Shown here: positions 16,078 through 31,810 of the stretch, piece after piece
How positions within the stretch are numbered: the first letter of the stretch is position 1
How the letters are laid out: each line of letters starts with the position of its first letter
Assembly: GCA_021613535.1 (NCBI GenBank)
Contig: CP075496.1
Coordinates: forward strand, 2,852,001 to 2,916,000
DNA length: 64,000 bases
Source of the DNA: Adineta vaga
Lineage: Eukaryota; Animalia; Rotifera
Reading direction: 5' to 3'
Program-made: the position numbers and the translations under genes
The notes under the pieces: model-generated
What the model saw: the letters and a program-made list of their open reading frames with translations, nothing else
Told to the model about the DNA's origin: nothing
The model's database searches: none

Positions 16078-17909
16078 TTACGATTGAAATGAAAGAATAG
16101 ATCGATTTGATTTAGATTTATAACGAACGTTTCGAAATGAATGATAAATATGATGTTTTTTCATTAATTTTCTTCGATTCAAATATCTTTCATTCAATCG
16201 AATATAACTAGAAATGAATATTTAAATATTTTCGAATAAGGATTTCTTTTCTGTGTGAAGACTTACATAAATATTACTAATGTTAAAAAATGAAAAAAAC
16301 AAGCAAGAAAAAAGATCAAATTTGGATAAATATCGATTGTATATGAATAGAGAAAATTAAATAGAAATGATCCAATTAATGCATCAATCGATTCAAATGA
16401 TGCAATTATAGAAAAGATTTTACCTGAAAACAAATATTCAAAAAAAACATTAACAATGCGATCAAACAAACAAATACCTTCTTCATTATGATTACAAATC
16501 TTTGATAGATAAGATCGTATGCCTACTATAACATATGATGATAACATACCAAAGAATGGAACTATGTATATATTTTAGATAGATAGATAGATAGGAAAGT
16601 AGCTTTCTTTTACTAATGAAAAGATGTGATTTGAAATGAATTTGTGTATAAAGAAAATCACTAATAAATTTTGATAATATACCTAATATAATACATGTGA
16701 TATCATTTATGTTGAATAGATATCGTAAGATGGGTAATAAAACTAATAAACCAAATGTAAGTGTAAATGATTTCAATCCACGAAATAATCCATAGAGAGT
16801 AGGAGAAAAAGACAGTGGATTTCTTTTCAAATAAAGATAAACTATAGATGATTCACCTAAATATTAAATATCAATTATTTGAGGAACAAAAAGATACTAA
16901 TGTAAAAAATTAACAAAGCAAAAAAGAAACATAGGTAAGAATTAGTCATATTTACCAATACTTGTTAAACTAAATAAACATAACAAAACACTTATCTTCA
17001 ATGGAAATCGAGAAGAAAACGAAATTTTCGTTATATTTTCATTTACAGAATACTTAACATCCTCACATCTATGAAATTAACTTACATACTGAATAACAAA
17101 CCACCTAAAGCTAAAAGAAGATATCTTCGTTGATGAAATTTTCTTCGTTTAAATAAAATTCGAAAAGAATCTTTAATTTCCTTTTCAATTGATAAATTTT
17201 CATAGAAATTCTTCCATGTAAATACATTTCGTTGAATTATACAAACTTCATCGACATAGAATTGAATATAAACAATATTAATTAAATGAAGACAAATAAT
17301 CAGAATAAAATTCCATTGAAAACCAATCCAATCAAGTAATATTCCACTTAAAATTAATCCTATTGTTGAACCAAACATAAAACATGATTCAATAATAGCC
17401 ATCGATTCTCTTCGATCTTCTTTCCTTGTTAAATGTGTTAAATAATTATATAAAATTGAAAACATTATAGAAGATGAACCAAATAAATTGAAGATAATAT
17501 TTGAGAAAAAAAAGATTTTAAAAGTCAAATGAGATTCAATTATTGATAAAATTAAATTCATCAATGTAGCTAATATACAACTAAGATTAACAAAAATCAT
17601 TGGAATTTTATGAGAATATTTTTCTGACCATGTAACATAAATAATCGAAATAAATATCGATGGAATTGCATAAATAATATTAAAAAACATCACATATATC
17701 GATGTATATTTCTGTATTATACTTTCAAAATGTTTGGAAATCGTTTTTGAATTACATGTTGAAATATTAAAGAATTGATAACAAACTTGTCGATAGAGAA
17801 GTGCTTCATCAGTTGGAATTGCTAAATGAATTGCAAACATATAGAGAAAAACAATGGGTTCAATACTAATTGATTTCCACCATGAAAGATTTTCTTTTCT
17901 TATCAACAT
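16078..17909 (-). CDS. SLC46 (PCFT-like) MFS transporter
   Basis: SIEPIVFLY N-terminus, YRQVC..C loop, many TM segments, VYLYLKRNPLSFSPTLYGLF and IRSYLSK. Confidence 0.75.
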
Positions 17910-18187
17910 TGTGTAGTATCATATGACTGATAGACATAAGGTGTGATCGAAAGATTCATACATACATACAGAAATCAAGGGGATTCGTTATTGTATTTGA
18001 ACAGAGAATATATTTTTACAATTAGAGGGCGCTATTTATCGGAGAAATTTCATAGAGAGAACTGCTCGACGATTTTTCATTGTTATCAGTTAAAAACACA
18101 TGGAAATGGAAAAAAAAGATATTTTTTTGTTTTATTCAGATAAACATGAGTAAAAATTGAATTCTTTTTGAAAGAATAAATGAACTG

Positions 18188-21015
18188 TTATTTTTTAGCA
18201 CTAGTTGCTCTAGGTTTAGCTAATTGTTCAATAGCATCTTGACGTTTTTGTTGTTTACTAATTACTTCAATACTCGGAAAATGTTGACTGACAGTTTGAA
18301 GAATTTTTTGATTGCGTTTTTTCATATCTTTTTCTTGTTTTTCTTGACGAGCTTTCAATGATCGATCACGCATTCGTTGTTGTGTTATCATCGAATTTAA
18401 ATTTCTAAAATAACAAAAAAAAAAATTCCAATCAATAATTCATTGATGATCGTTATTCGTTATACTTATATGTTAATGGCTCTTCAGATCTTTGTGTAAG
18501 ACGTTGATGAAGATTTTCAATTTCATCATTTTCAAGTTTAACACCTGATTTCTATAACTCATATAAGTAGATAATGGCATGATTATTTTCATTCGTATTT
18601 CTTACAATTATATTGAGAGTCACATCTTCTTTATTCAATTCTGATTTGTTTGATTTATTTAACATTCGAAAATATTCTAATATTCTCCAATTTCTTTCAT
18701 CAATATGTTGAATTACCGTACGCATTGAATCGTTCTTTGTTGCTAAAATACAGTAAAGAAAATTAATCGTTTCTATATGGGTTACGATGGATTTCTAATG
18801 TTTCAAACAATTACCTGTTTGTCGACCAAGTATATCATGAACAGGAATTTCACAATCATATTTCAATACGAATTCTTTTCGTTTAGCAATTGTTTCTGCA
18901 AGACGAACTGTTGATGAATAAACAGTTATACCCTACAGAAAAAGAAAGATAAACAATTTCTATCAAATCAAATCTTTATTCTACCGAAAGATCAAGCATA
19001 TTCACTGCACTTGTATGATTATCCACTGCTTGAATGATGTATTGAGCACCATGTGTTGTGATTGGATTATAAGCAAGCTAGAAAACAAAATAGAATTGTT
19101 GTTGAACTATTCTTCTTGAGAATCGAAAATTCTTCTTTATATTACATTTAAATTTTGAAGTGTTGCATTTTTTGCCAATCCTTCGCTAAGTAATTTTGCA
19201 CTTGTCCATTCAATATTACAATTACTTACATTTAAACGTTGTAAAACTTTATTTACAGTTAAAACTCGTCGAAGTGCAACACTTCCATCATAATTTAACC
19301 CACTCCATGATATATCTAATTCTGTTAAGCATTGATTAACCTGTTTTTTTGTTCGAAGAAAAGAACTAATGATATAAGTCAAATTCCAAACAAAATTAAC
19401 TATTTACTTCAATTCCACGAAAAAGTGCAATCGATGCAAAACTTCGTATTGAATTATAACTTAAATTTAAATATGATAAACTTGTATTATCCGCTAGAAT
19501 AACAAAAATTTTATATCATCAGAAAATGAGAAAATCTCTATACTTAATGCGCTGCCAATAAAAATACAAGCATTTTCTTCTAATTTATTTCCTGTTAAAT
19601 TAACTTCAATCAATCTTTGATGTCGACATAAATCACCTATTTTTAATCCATAGGAATCTTGAATATCACAATTTGCCAATGATAAATAGAGTAATGATGG
19701 AAGTTTATCAATGATTGTTACTAATGCTTCAAAACCTCGTCTTCCAATTTTATTATTAGATAAATCTAATAAAGTCAATCGAACACATTTAATTAATGCT
19801 TGACAAAGAACACAAAGTGATGGTGATGTTAAATTCACTGAATGTAATGTTAAACTTTCTAAATTTGATTCAATTGCTGTTGCAAATGCACGAAAATCAT
19901 TGAAAGAAAATGATCGATCAGTAATATTAATTGTATCATAAGGAAGAAAACCACGAATTTGCCAATCAACTGTTATATCAAGTGTTTTACAACTATTTTC
20001 ATAGATATGAACTCGTGCTAGAGTAGAAATAAAAAAACAATTTCGTAAAGAAATGAATGAATTTGTCTATTACCATTTTCAGTTGGAATTTTACATCGTA
20101 ATGGAACGAGAGTTTCAGTTATTAATTCAGATTGATATTCAAGAGGTAAATTAATTTGACCAAAACTTTGATTTGATCGATTAGTTCGATGAGCAGATAA
20201 TTTTTCATTGAATGTTAATCGAGGTGGAATAAACTTTTCACGTTCTTCTATCAAATAAGTTCAAAAATAGACAAAGGAAATGATATTTTTCAGATTATTA
20301 AGATAATTATCTACACAATTCTTCTTTATGATTGTCTGAAAAGAGAAGTTGTAATTGTAATATTTTCTAATTCACTCTCAACTAAACATCGCACTTGAAA
20401 TGATGTGGAAGAGTTTCTAATGTAAAACAACAAAAATAAAATTCTTCCACTTTACAAACTGTTGATAATTGTCGTCAAACTAACAGAAGAATGTTTTGGA
20501 AAACAATTTACTTCGTATCCTTCTTTTTTTTTAAATAAAACTGATTGAATTTAATCAACGAATCGTTAGTAATGAAAGATTATTTTTGTGTCAGAAATAA
20601 GTACATAGTAAATTTCTATTGGAACTTTTCGATAATCAAAGAAATCATTGCTGAATTAAATGATTTTTCTATGAACTCTCAACTATTATTAATCAGTAAA
20701 ACTTGGATGTATAATTTAAAACTTCAATTAATAAATCATGTATAGCCTCTCATACTGTTACTAATTCCACACAACATCTGTTCAATGTACTCTTTTTTTT
20801 CTTAACCTTTTGTATTTTATCTAATACTATTCGACTTCTGATTTCTGGGAAAAGGAAGGCCAAAGTTACTTTCTATTTAATAAAGAATAAAAAAAAGTGT
20901 ATCAATTTAAATCAATTAACAATTATCTAAATTTTGCAAATTCTTTCATACAAATACCTGCTTGTTCATCATCTAAATCAGTATCGAAACTGTCATTATC
21001 ATCATATTGTTCCAT
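18188..21015 (-). CDS. LRRC74-like RI-type LRR protein with degenerate EF-hand-like C-terminus (5' exons uncertain)
   Basis: RI-like repeats LTLLDLSNNKIG, LTELDISWSGLNYDG and LQRLNVSNCNI; later RNWRILEYFRMLNK. Probable acidic first exon MEQYDDNDSFDTDLDDEQ. Confidence 0.7.
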
Positions 21016-21751
21016 GAGTTCTGATTGTTAATATCACAAATGTAAAATAGACACAATCGAGCAAACAATGACATTTCTTTCTTTCTTTTTTTCTCTTCTC
21101 TCGTCTATTTTCTCAAATATTTTATGTTGATTACATGCTATTGACAGCCGAATGCTATTTAGCTTAACGGAAGAAAAATCTTTCTATACGTCAAAGAAGA
21201 AGAAGTAACATCAATTAATACCTGGTTTTTCTTCTTTTTCCTTTTCAATTAGTTGAAAAAATAGGGAACGATCAAATTTCATTTTTTTTTTTGTTTTTTT
21301 TTAATATAATAAATAAATTGACAAGAACAACAATCAATACAACAAAAGAAATGTTCTTCAAATGAAAAGATCTAAGAGATGCGTCGAACGCTTGAACATA
21401 TTTCAAATGAATAGGAAGAACACAATAGACAACACAAAAAGAAAAAGAATACACATGAAATTTTTTTTCCATTTTTTTTTGTTTTCTTCAAAAGGTAAAT
21501 AATCAACGGGAGGAAAAAGATTTTCTTGTTTTCTAATAAAGAATAACAACAGCAATGAAATGAAAGAATCAGAATATATATATATATAATGTATATACAA
21601 GAAAATACGTGAATGGCTCTCTTGGTTAATTTCGATGTTTTCTTTCGAACTGTTCAAACACACACACATATAGAAATATAAGCTCTTAAAGATCATCTTC
21701 CTGAGAGAGCAAACATACACATATGTATTCGAATTGTTTCAATTATTGGAA

Positions 21752-24700
21752 TTAATCTTGCATATCCTCAGGTATTTCATGAGGATTAAGAATACCTAAA
21801 GATAAAAAAAAGAAAATCGATATTGATTTTACATTATTTCTTTTTGAACTTACCGGGAACACTCATTTGAACAAGACGTTTTTCTTCAGCAGCACGTTTT
21901 AATGTTTGTTCACGATCTTCCAAATATAAATCAGAAGTATCATTACCAGTTGCTTCACGTATTTGAACGAGAAAATCACGTAAATGTTCTTTAAAACCTG
22001 CAATATCTTGATCAAATGTAACAAAACCTTCGATGATAACTTTAATTTGATTATCTTGTAAATGTGAAAAAGCTGTTTTTAATAAATTTGCCATGAATTG
22101 TTGAACATAAAGTAAATTTTGTGATGGATCTTGAACTTCAGAAGCTAATGGAACTTTAATTAAACCTTGTTCAGCAATTAAAAATAGATTCGCTAAGATT
22201 TGCGAATGAGCCGTTAAACCTTTGAAGAGAAAAAAATTCAATAGTGACACATTATCAACTTATGTAGATCTTCACATTCGTGAACATCTGACACTTTTCA
22301 ATTATTCAATCGATCTATTTACCTGATGTATGTGAACATTCAGCAACTACAGCAAAGATATGTTGCATGGTTTCTAAGTAATAAACTTGATAAAATGTTT
22401 GTGCTGCTTGTGGATCACATGCTTGAAATTTTCTTAACATTGTTTGAAGAATTTCTAATCCTAATTCTGATATTGTTCTCATTGTATGTTTCAATGCCCA
22501 CATAATTGAATCATAGACAAGTTTAAATTGTGTCGCATTCAATTCTAATAATGCTAGAAAAACAAGACAAATATTTTCTTAAAAAACAAAAAAAAACAAA
22601 ATACTAATTTTACCTGAAAAACAAACATTTGTTACTGATTGAAGAAGTATATAGAAATCTTTTCGATGATCAGGATAATCTTCAAAATTTTTATCAATCA
22701 TATGAAGTGTATGTTCAAATGTTAAATCAAATATTTCAGGTATACGATTTGTTAAACGAGTTTCAAGTTTTGTTATTAAAATAGCTAACATATTTAATAC
22801 TTCAGATTCTCGTGCATCAGGATGACAATCACGATAATCATTTAAAACAAATGTAAATAATGGATTTAAAAATTGATCAAGTATTTGTTGATAATTATTA
22901 GCTTTGGCAAAATAATTTCCAATTAAAATTAATGTATCTTCTTTAATAGCCATCATTGATTTAATTAAACGTTGTTTAACAACCATTGGACCATTGATAT
23001 GTATAGCTTGATTGATATTTTCAGATGTTACTCTATAGATATGTAACATATCTTGATAAATTTTTATTAATTGATGAACATATGGAGCACCTAATGCTTT
23101 CGATGCACGAATATTTGTTTTGAGAATATTTAATATGTTACTAACAACTTCAGGATCTTTTAAACAATCAACAGATTTTTTCGCTTCATTAATCACTGTA
23201 TTCCAAACATCATTGGGTAATTGCATATATTTTTCAATTAATTTCGTTTGTTGAACAACATCAACACTTGCAGCAATCATATTTCCAATAGCTTCATAAA
23301 ATGTATGAACTTGATGTGGTTCCAAATGACAAATAATTCCATTGATATTTGTTAAAATTTCATCAACAAATGGTTGTGATTCACCCAATTGAATTGTAAT
23401 AAAATGTCGACGACATTTTTGAGCTATTTTTATAAATGTATCACAAGCCATATCTTGTACACCTTCATGTGTTTCTATTATAGGAGAGAGAGAAAGAAAA
23501 AGAAATCAGAGAAAATCAATCGTTGATATTATCTTTACCATGCATAAATTCAAAAAGTTTATTGACAACAGTCTTGAGAAATTTCCAATGCGCACGAAGA
23601 AAACGTGGATATTGACCAACAACATACATAATATTTGAAGCAATGATAGCTTTATTATCTTTACCACGTTTTTGTTCACATAAACCAAGTAATTCCTAAT
23701 GAAGTTCACATCATTTAAAAAACCGAAGATATTTTTCAAAGAAAAAAAGTGTTTACTTTAATAACAGTTACAAGAAAACGTTTTTCATCATCTTCAACCA
23801 TGGCGCCTGAAATTGAACCAATTGCCCAACATAGCTAAAAGAAAGTACAAATTTGGATCGCATGACTTTCATCAACAGTCAATAGGTCAATTTCGTAGAT
23901 GGACGAAAATGGAATGTCAACACACCCTCATTTTTCAGATCACTACTTACTGTATTTAAATTTTTCCATGACCATTCTGTGCCATTGACTTGATTAGCTA
24001 ATTTTTCTGTCATAATTGATTCTGTATCAACATAATCCAAATGTGTTAAATAAACTAAATTAAAACAAAATAAAGAATTTGATTTTTATGATTCTATTTA
24101 CACTTTTCTTACCCAATGTTTCACGCATATTTTTATAGAGATTGATAGCATCAGTATCTTTCATAAATTCTCGTACAACTTCTCCACGTTCATTTTCCAC
24201 AACTAAAACTTCTTCTGGTCGAGCCATACGTGATATCATTATTCGTCGAACCTATTCATAAACAAAAATCAAAGATTTATCTTTCGGAAAATTTCTTTTC
24301 CTACTTTTGAGAGAATAACAGCATAAAATTGTCGACGTGTTGGAGTATTATTATTATTTCGAAGATATACTACTGCTTGTTGATGTGGAATTTCTCGATA
24401 CAGTTCAGCACTTAAAATATTCCAATATTCTAAGCATATTTTAAAGATTTCAATTTCTTCAACTTCTGATGTTAAAACAAGATATTGTAAGGCTTCAAGT
24501 AATGTTTCTTTTAAATCTTGTGTACGTTCAATTAATATTCCATGTTCTTTTAAGAAATTCGATAAAAATAAAGCTAAATTTTGAATAAATTTTTGATCAT
24601 CATCTTTTGCCGAACGATAAGCACCTTTTAAATCAATTGTTAAGGGCATAATCTAGACAAGAAATAAAAATATGAGATTGTATAAATCTTTATTGGTTTT

Positions 24701-25936
24701 TTAGCTTTACTGTTTTCAATTGAATCATAGTACGACGAAAGAAATCAATAAATTTATCTTCATATTGAGAAACTTGAATATTTGCTAAAAATTCAAATGA
24801 TTATTATCATTTTGATCTCTTTTTTTTTAAATACAATTACCTATTTCAGTTAAACAACGAAGTGTTACATTACGAAACATTGGTACAGTAAAGAATGTAT
24901 CAATAAGTGTATTGACCATATTTGTTTCAAAGATATAGCCAAGTGGTATCCAACTAAGAAATCGTAAGAGTGTTTCTAATGTTACCAAAAGTAATGGTGG
25001 ATGACGAGATTTATCCTATAAACATTGAATTTTATTATTTTATACTAAAAATCTAAATTATTCGAATGAGATTTTATTTACCACAACATATTCGCAAAGT
25101 TGAAAGATTTTCGTAAATTCATTACACATTGTATCTTTGAGATGTTTTACCTTTGCTTGCGTCATTTGACCTGATGAAAAATCGAATACTTCTTCACTAA
25201 AAGATCACATTTCAAGTATATACATATAAACAAAACTTTAGTTTCAAATTGTACCTAAGAAGTTTCAAAATTTCCAAATTATTTTGACACATTGATTCAC
25301 TTGTTTTACTTGCTTCAACAATATCACTTATAAAATTTGGCCATTTCTTAGGCCATTCATGTTTCAATATCTATAAAAGACAAGATTTTCTTCAATGAAT
25401 AATAATTATCAAATCATCTGATTTACTTGAACAAGAATAATATTAAGTTTATTTAAATAAACTTTTTCACGTTCCATTAATTCCGGATTTTGTGAATGAG
25501 ATATGACCATACTAACGATAAATTGTTTAATTGCTTAAAAAGAAATTCATTTGAAATTTTCTTTTATTTCATTCAATAAAAATTTGTGTCCTACCTTCAC
25601 ATTGTTCTTTTGGTAAAGCTTTCCAACGTGCTTTAATCGTCTTTTCCAGAATTTGTAATGCATAATATTTAGTTTCTTGACATTTTGAATATTCCAAAAT
25701 ACTATCAACTTTTGTCCATGCATCGGGATGATCACGTAAAACATTTAATACTTCACTTGCTTGTCTTTGCTGAAAAGAGAAACAAATTTTAAAATCAATT
25801 CAAAGAATAATCATATACATACGGCATCACCCTGTCCTCGATACATGGTATTGATAACAGCATCAAGAATATTAACGTCAAAAGTTGTTTGACCGTCAAA
25901 GTTTAATAATGATTGAGCTTGTTCAAGTAATTGCAT
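21752..25936 (-). CDS. XPO1: Exportin-1/CRM1, multi-exon
   Basis: [34 protein letters not shown] (Cys528 equivalent present), [31 protein letters not shown] and [12 protein letters not shown]. Confidence 0.98.
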
Positions 25937-27817
25937 GTTTTGCTTTTTGTTTTAGAGTCACGTGTCAAATGTCGTTTAAGAAAAGAAAATTAGAATGAAA
26001 GAGAAAGAATTGATCTCGTCTATGTCGAAAACCGTCCACAGTCAAGAAGAAAAAGTCCAAAGTCAGAAAGAAGTTAGTAGAAAGTGTCTTTGTCGGACAA
26101 TGCTCAACTACATATCTTAAAAAGAAAAGATAATGAAGAATCAGAAAATTTTCATTTTGAGTATTAAATCCCTTCATTTTCATAGCATTTAAGTAATAAG
26201 AATCATTTACATAAGAAGAAAAAATAGAACGACGGAATAGACAGTCAATGTTATCATACGATATGTTTACTGTTTGCTGAATTAGAAATTCTCCAATCAG
26301 AATAGTTCTTCAAGTAATGTGTCATATCCATGTTTTACCTACAACGATTCTTTCTTTGTTCTTTAACATATATATCATATTATATTAATATCATTAAGCT
26401 GAGCTGATTCGAACTGACCTTTCATTTCAAACGTAAATAGATTAGTAAGGTTAATTCGAAAGCAAAGGAATGATCAATCTATACATCTCATTGTGAATGC
26501 ACGATAGATGACTAATCTAATCTTCTCTCGAAATTGTACTAGAAAATGAATAATAATGCTGAGTAGGAAAAATTTATCTTACTTTTATATTCGAAATATG
26601 AATGAATGAATGATTCACTTAACCTTTGATATAATGAGTTCTAGAAATCTTTCGAACATGTGTTCTTTTTGAGTTTTAATCAATTGAATTATTCATACGA
26701 TCGCCTAGAAGAATTGGTACGATTTTATCATATCAATTTGTTGTCAAGCCTTGAAGATATAACACAATTTATCAATCATACATTATACAAATCATTCGCT
26801 AAAATATCTACATACTTGTTTGTGTAATCTTCATAGATTAGCTTACTCAATTTCGTTTTGAGTTTCAAAAAATACAAAATGTTGTGTAAGATTTACAACG
26901 TACACAAGCATAGCTTTTTTCTAACCGTAGTTATTGTGAATTCCTGTAGAAGTTCATTCGGGATCTTTTCTGATAATTCAAGGACATTTATAATTAATAA
27001 CAAGATAAATAGATATTATCCAGTTCGTATCAGCATTTTGTTCTAGGATTTTTCTTCTGAGAATACTAAAAACCGAACCTTCGGATGAATAAAAGTCATT
27101 CTCTGGGAAGATCTAAAGAATTCAGCATTCATTTTCTTACTGCTATATATATATCATTGTTTCATATCTTTCGTATGATCGATTGGTCGGTACAAACATG
27201 AAAAAATGTCAGTATTTTGAATATTAGACTAGGTTATGTATTTAAACGATTGAAATCTTTACAAAAATTAGGGAAATGTTCTACGAAAGTCAAACTTGAC
27301 TTGTTAATAGTGTTCAAAAAATATATTTTGACATATTCAAATGAACCATCGAAATGAAGAGATTTAATTATGTTCTGAAAACATTCTTCTCATACATCAA
27401 CATACAAATTATCAAAATTTCTTATTCGATATTAACAGATTTATTTTTGTAAACAATACACTCGTGTCTATTGCGATCTTGCCGGAAAAACATCGGAAGA
27501 TAAAACTGCAGAAGATGATCTTGTCGGATTAATTTTTTCTCGTTCCTTGTTGATGAGAGTCTATGAATGCGGACATCTTAATTATTCAGAATTATCACCC
27601 GTTTCATACCCTCACACTGTCGAGATCTGATTTGAGAAGAAAGTTTTTCTTTTTTCTCTCTTTCCGTTCAAAAGAAATAATAATATTTCAGTTTTGCAAA
27701 TAATTCGATAATTTGAAATATATTCGGACGGATTGGATTAATTTAATTTAAAAAATTGGATGAATTTAAAAGCATGAATCAATTTATGAATGGAAGATCA
27801 CTTCTTCTTGTTGTTTT

Positions 27818-28115
27818 TTAGGTATTAATTGATGATTTTGTTCGTTCAACTTGTGCCATCCAGTTGTTCATTGAAGTTCCATAAATCATATCCATATCGA
27901 ATACGATTTCTTTTCTATATTTTGTTTTTAATTGATCGATATGACGAGTTTTGAAAATCTTTTTTAAAAGTTCTGTTATATAACGCAATATACTTAATTT
28001 TCCTGTTAATAACCACAAAATAACATAGTATAGTAATCGAAATTATATACTTACTTGTTTCAAACATATGTAATAAAAGAACGAGGATGAAAATCGATTC
28101 AACAAATGCATACAT
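27818..28115 (-). CDS. Putative 81-aa two-exon orphan protein
   Basis: A 52-nt GTAAGT..AACAG intron (28003-28054) joins two short ORFs in frame, giving a hydrophobic N-terminus followed by a basic helix. Confidence 0.45.
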
Positions 28116-29044
28116 CGTACTATTTCATGTGATGGAATCAAAGAGATTATTCAATTTATCATACATTTTATAGCGATAAGTTTTCGAAAGGTATAATAAA
28201 TGGATAATTTTTCAATGATGAAATGTAATCCTGTCATTCTCTGATAGGTGTATGTTGACTAGCTACAACAAGTCAATTGTTAACGACATCTAGGTAATTT
28301 TGAAAGTTTTATTTTTCGAATATGAATAGAATAAAAAACAGAAAACATCAAGAAAAATTAAATAAAATCGAAATAAACGAAAGATTTTTTCAGATATACT
28401 TTTTTCTATCTAAATCAATAAGTAAACAGAGGATATACTTTCGACAATAATGGTTAACAAGGGTCAGTTAATAATCGAATCGAAGCATAGCAAGCATCTA
28501 TCTTACTCAAAAGACGTCTATACAAGCAATTTTATCTACATATTAATCATGCATTCAATTCAAACTTATTTGAAAGAGATTTTCTAACTATAAATGAATA
28601 TTTTCTAACACGTTCTCTATTGATTTATTTCTTGTTAAGACTAGACCTTCGATCTATTAAAAGTGTCTTCCTATCTAAGAGTAAGTTTATTCGAATTTGT
28701 TTTTAGACGCTATGAAATAAAATTAAACCAAGCACGTCACATTTTTTTTTCTCATTGCTGTTCTCCTAGTAGATAATGCCTTACTTTTTATTTCTTTTAA
28801 GCATGGATTGATTGTACCTGACATCACGTTTCTTTCGTGATCGTCTTATTTACATTGCTTGATAACGGTAACATCTAATCATTCGATCGTTTTTGTTTCG
28901 TTGATGAAAAATATCTAATTCGCTCTTTGATCATTTCTTTTTCTTTGAAAAATTCGTTTTTGTCTTTTGAATTGATGATTATAGATCCATTGTTCCTTTT
29001 TTCTTCCGTTGCTCTGGTTGGCCATTGTCACCAGTCGACTTCTC

Positions 29045-31057
<2,013 letters not shown>

Positions 31058-31810
31058 ACAAAACCTAAAACAAAACTATTCACCACCGTTATTATGTTTT
31101 ATTGGAGATGATTATCATTTCTTTTATTTCAATGCTACTATCAGACGATCTTCTATTCTTTCTTCTTCTTCTTCTTCTTCTTTTTTTCTCCTTCTTTCTG
31201 GTTATTTGATGGTCACTTTACTGTCGTCATTGTCTTTCTTCTGTTGTTCTTTTTCTGTTCTATCGTTTCGTTTATTTTTCTTTTTCTACTCCAAATGTTC
31301 TTTGTAGCAGTGTGAGCGTTTCCAAAGACAAAAACCAAATTCATGGTGATTAGAAACATATATTTGCTTGTCTATGCCTAATGATGACAATCGAAAATGT
31401 ATTTCTTTTTCAATGTTCATCATTGTCTTTTCTTACCGTGTGAAAATACCCTGTTTAATCAGGAGAACTTTTTACATGTTATTATAAATCTCTCTTTCTC
31501 TATTTTTTTCTTTCTCTCTCTCTCTCGCGTCTTTTCATTTCTAATAGACAACAAATATGACTTTAGGAAATTTCATCTAGCACTGAGATATAACAAAATC
31601 CTTTGTTGTGTCTGCTCGTTCTTTCCCTTTTTGGTTTGACATTTGTCTTCTTCACTAGTTCAAATGATTGTTACAGAGAACACTTCTTTTCTTTGCATAT
31701 GCATACCATATATAACAAACAGAAAAAAAAACGAAAACAAAATCTTTCCAGGAAGAAAAAAAAAGCAACTAAATCTCGTGATTGTCTAAAATTCTTTGTA
31801 GATTATTATC

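Noticed and set aside
27470-27640. Possible MITE or transposon relic (gatcttgccggaaaaacatcggaag)
   Set aside because: No terminal inverted repeat pair, target-site duplication or second copy in the window.
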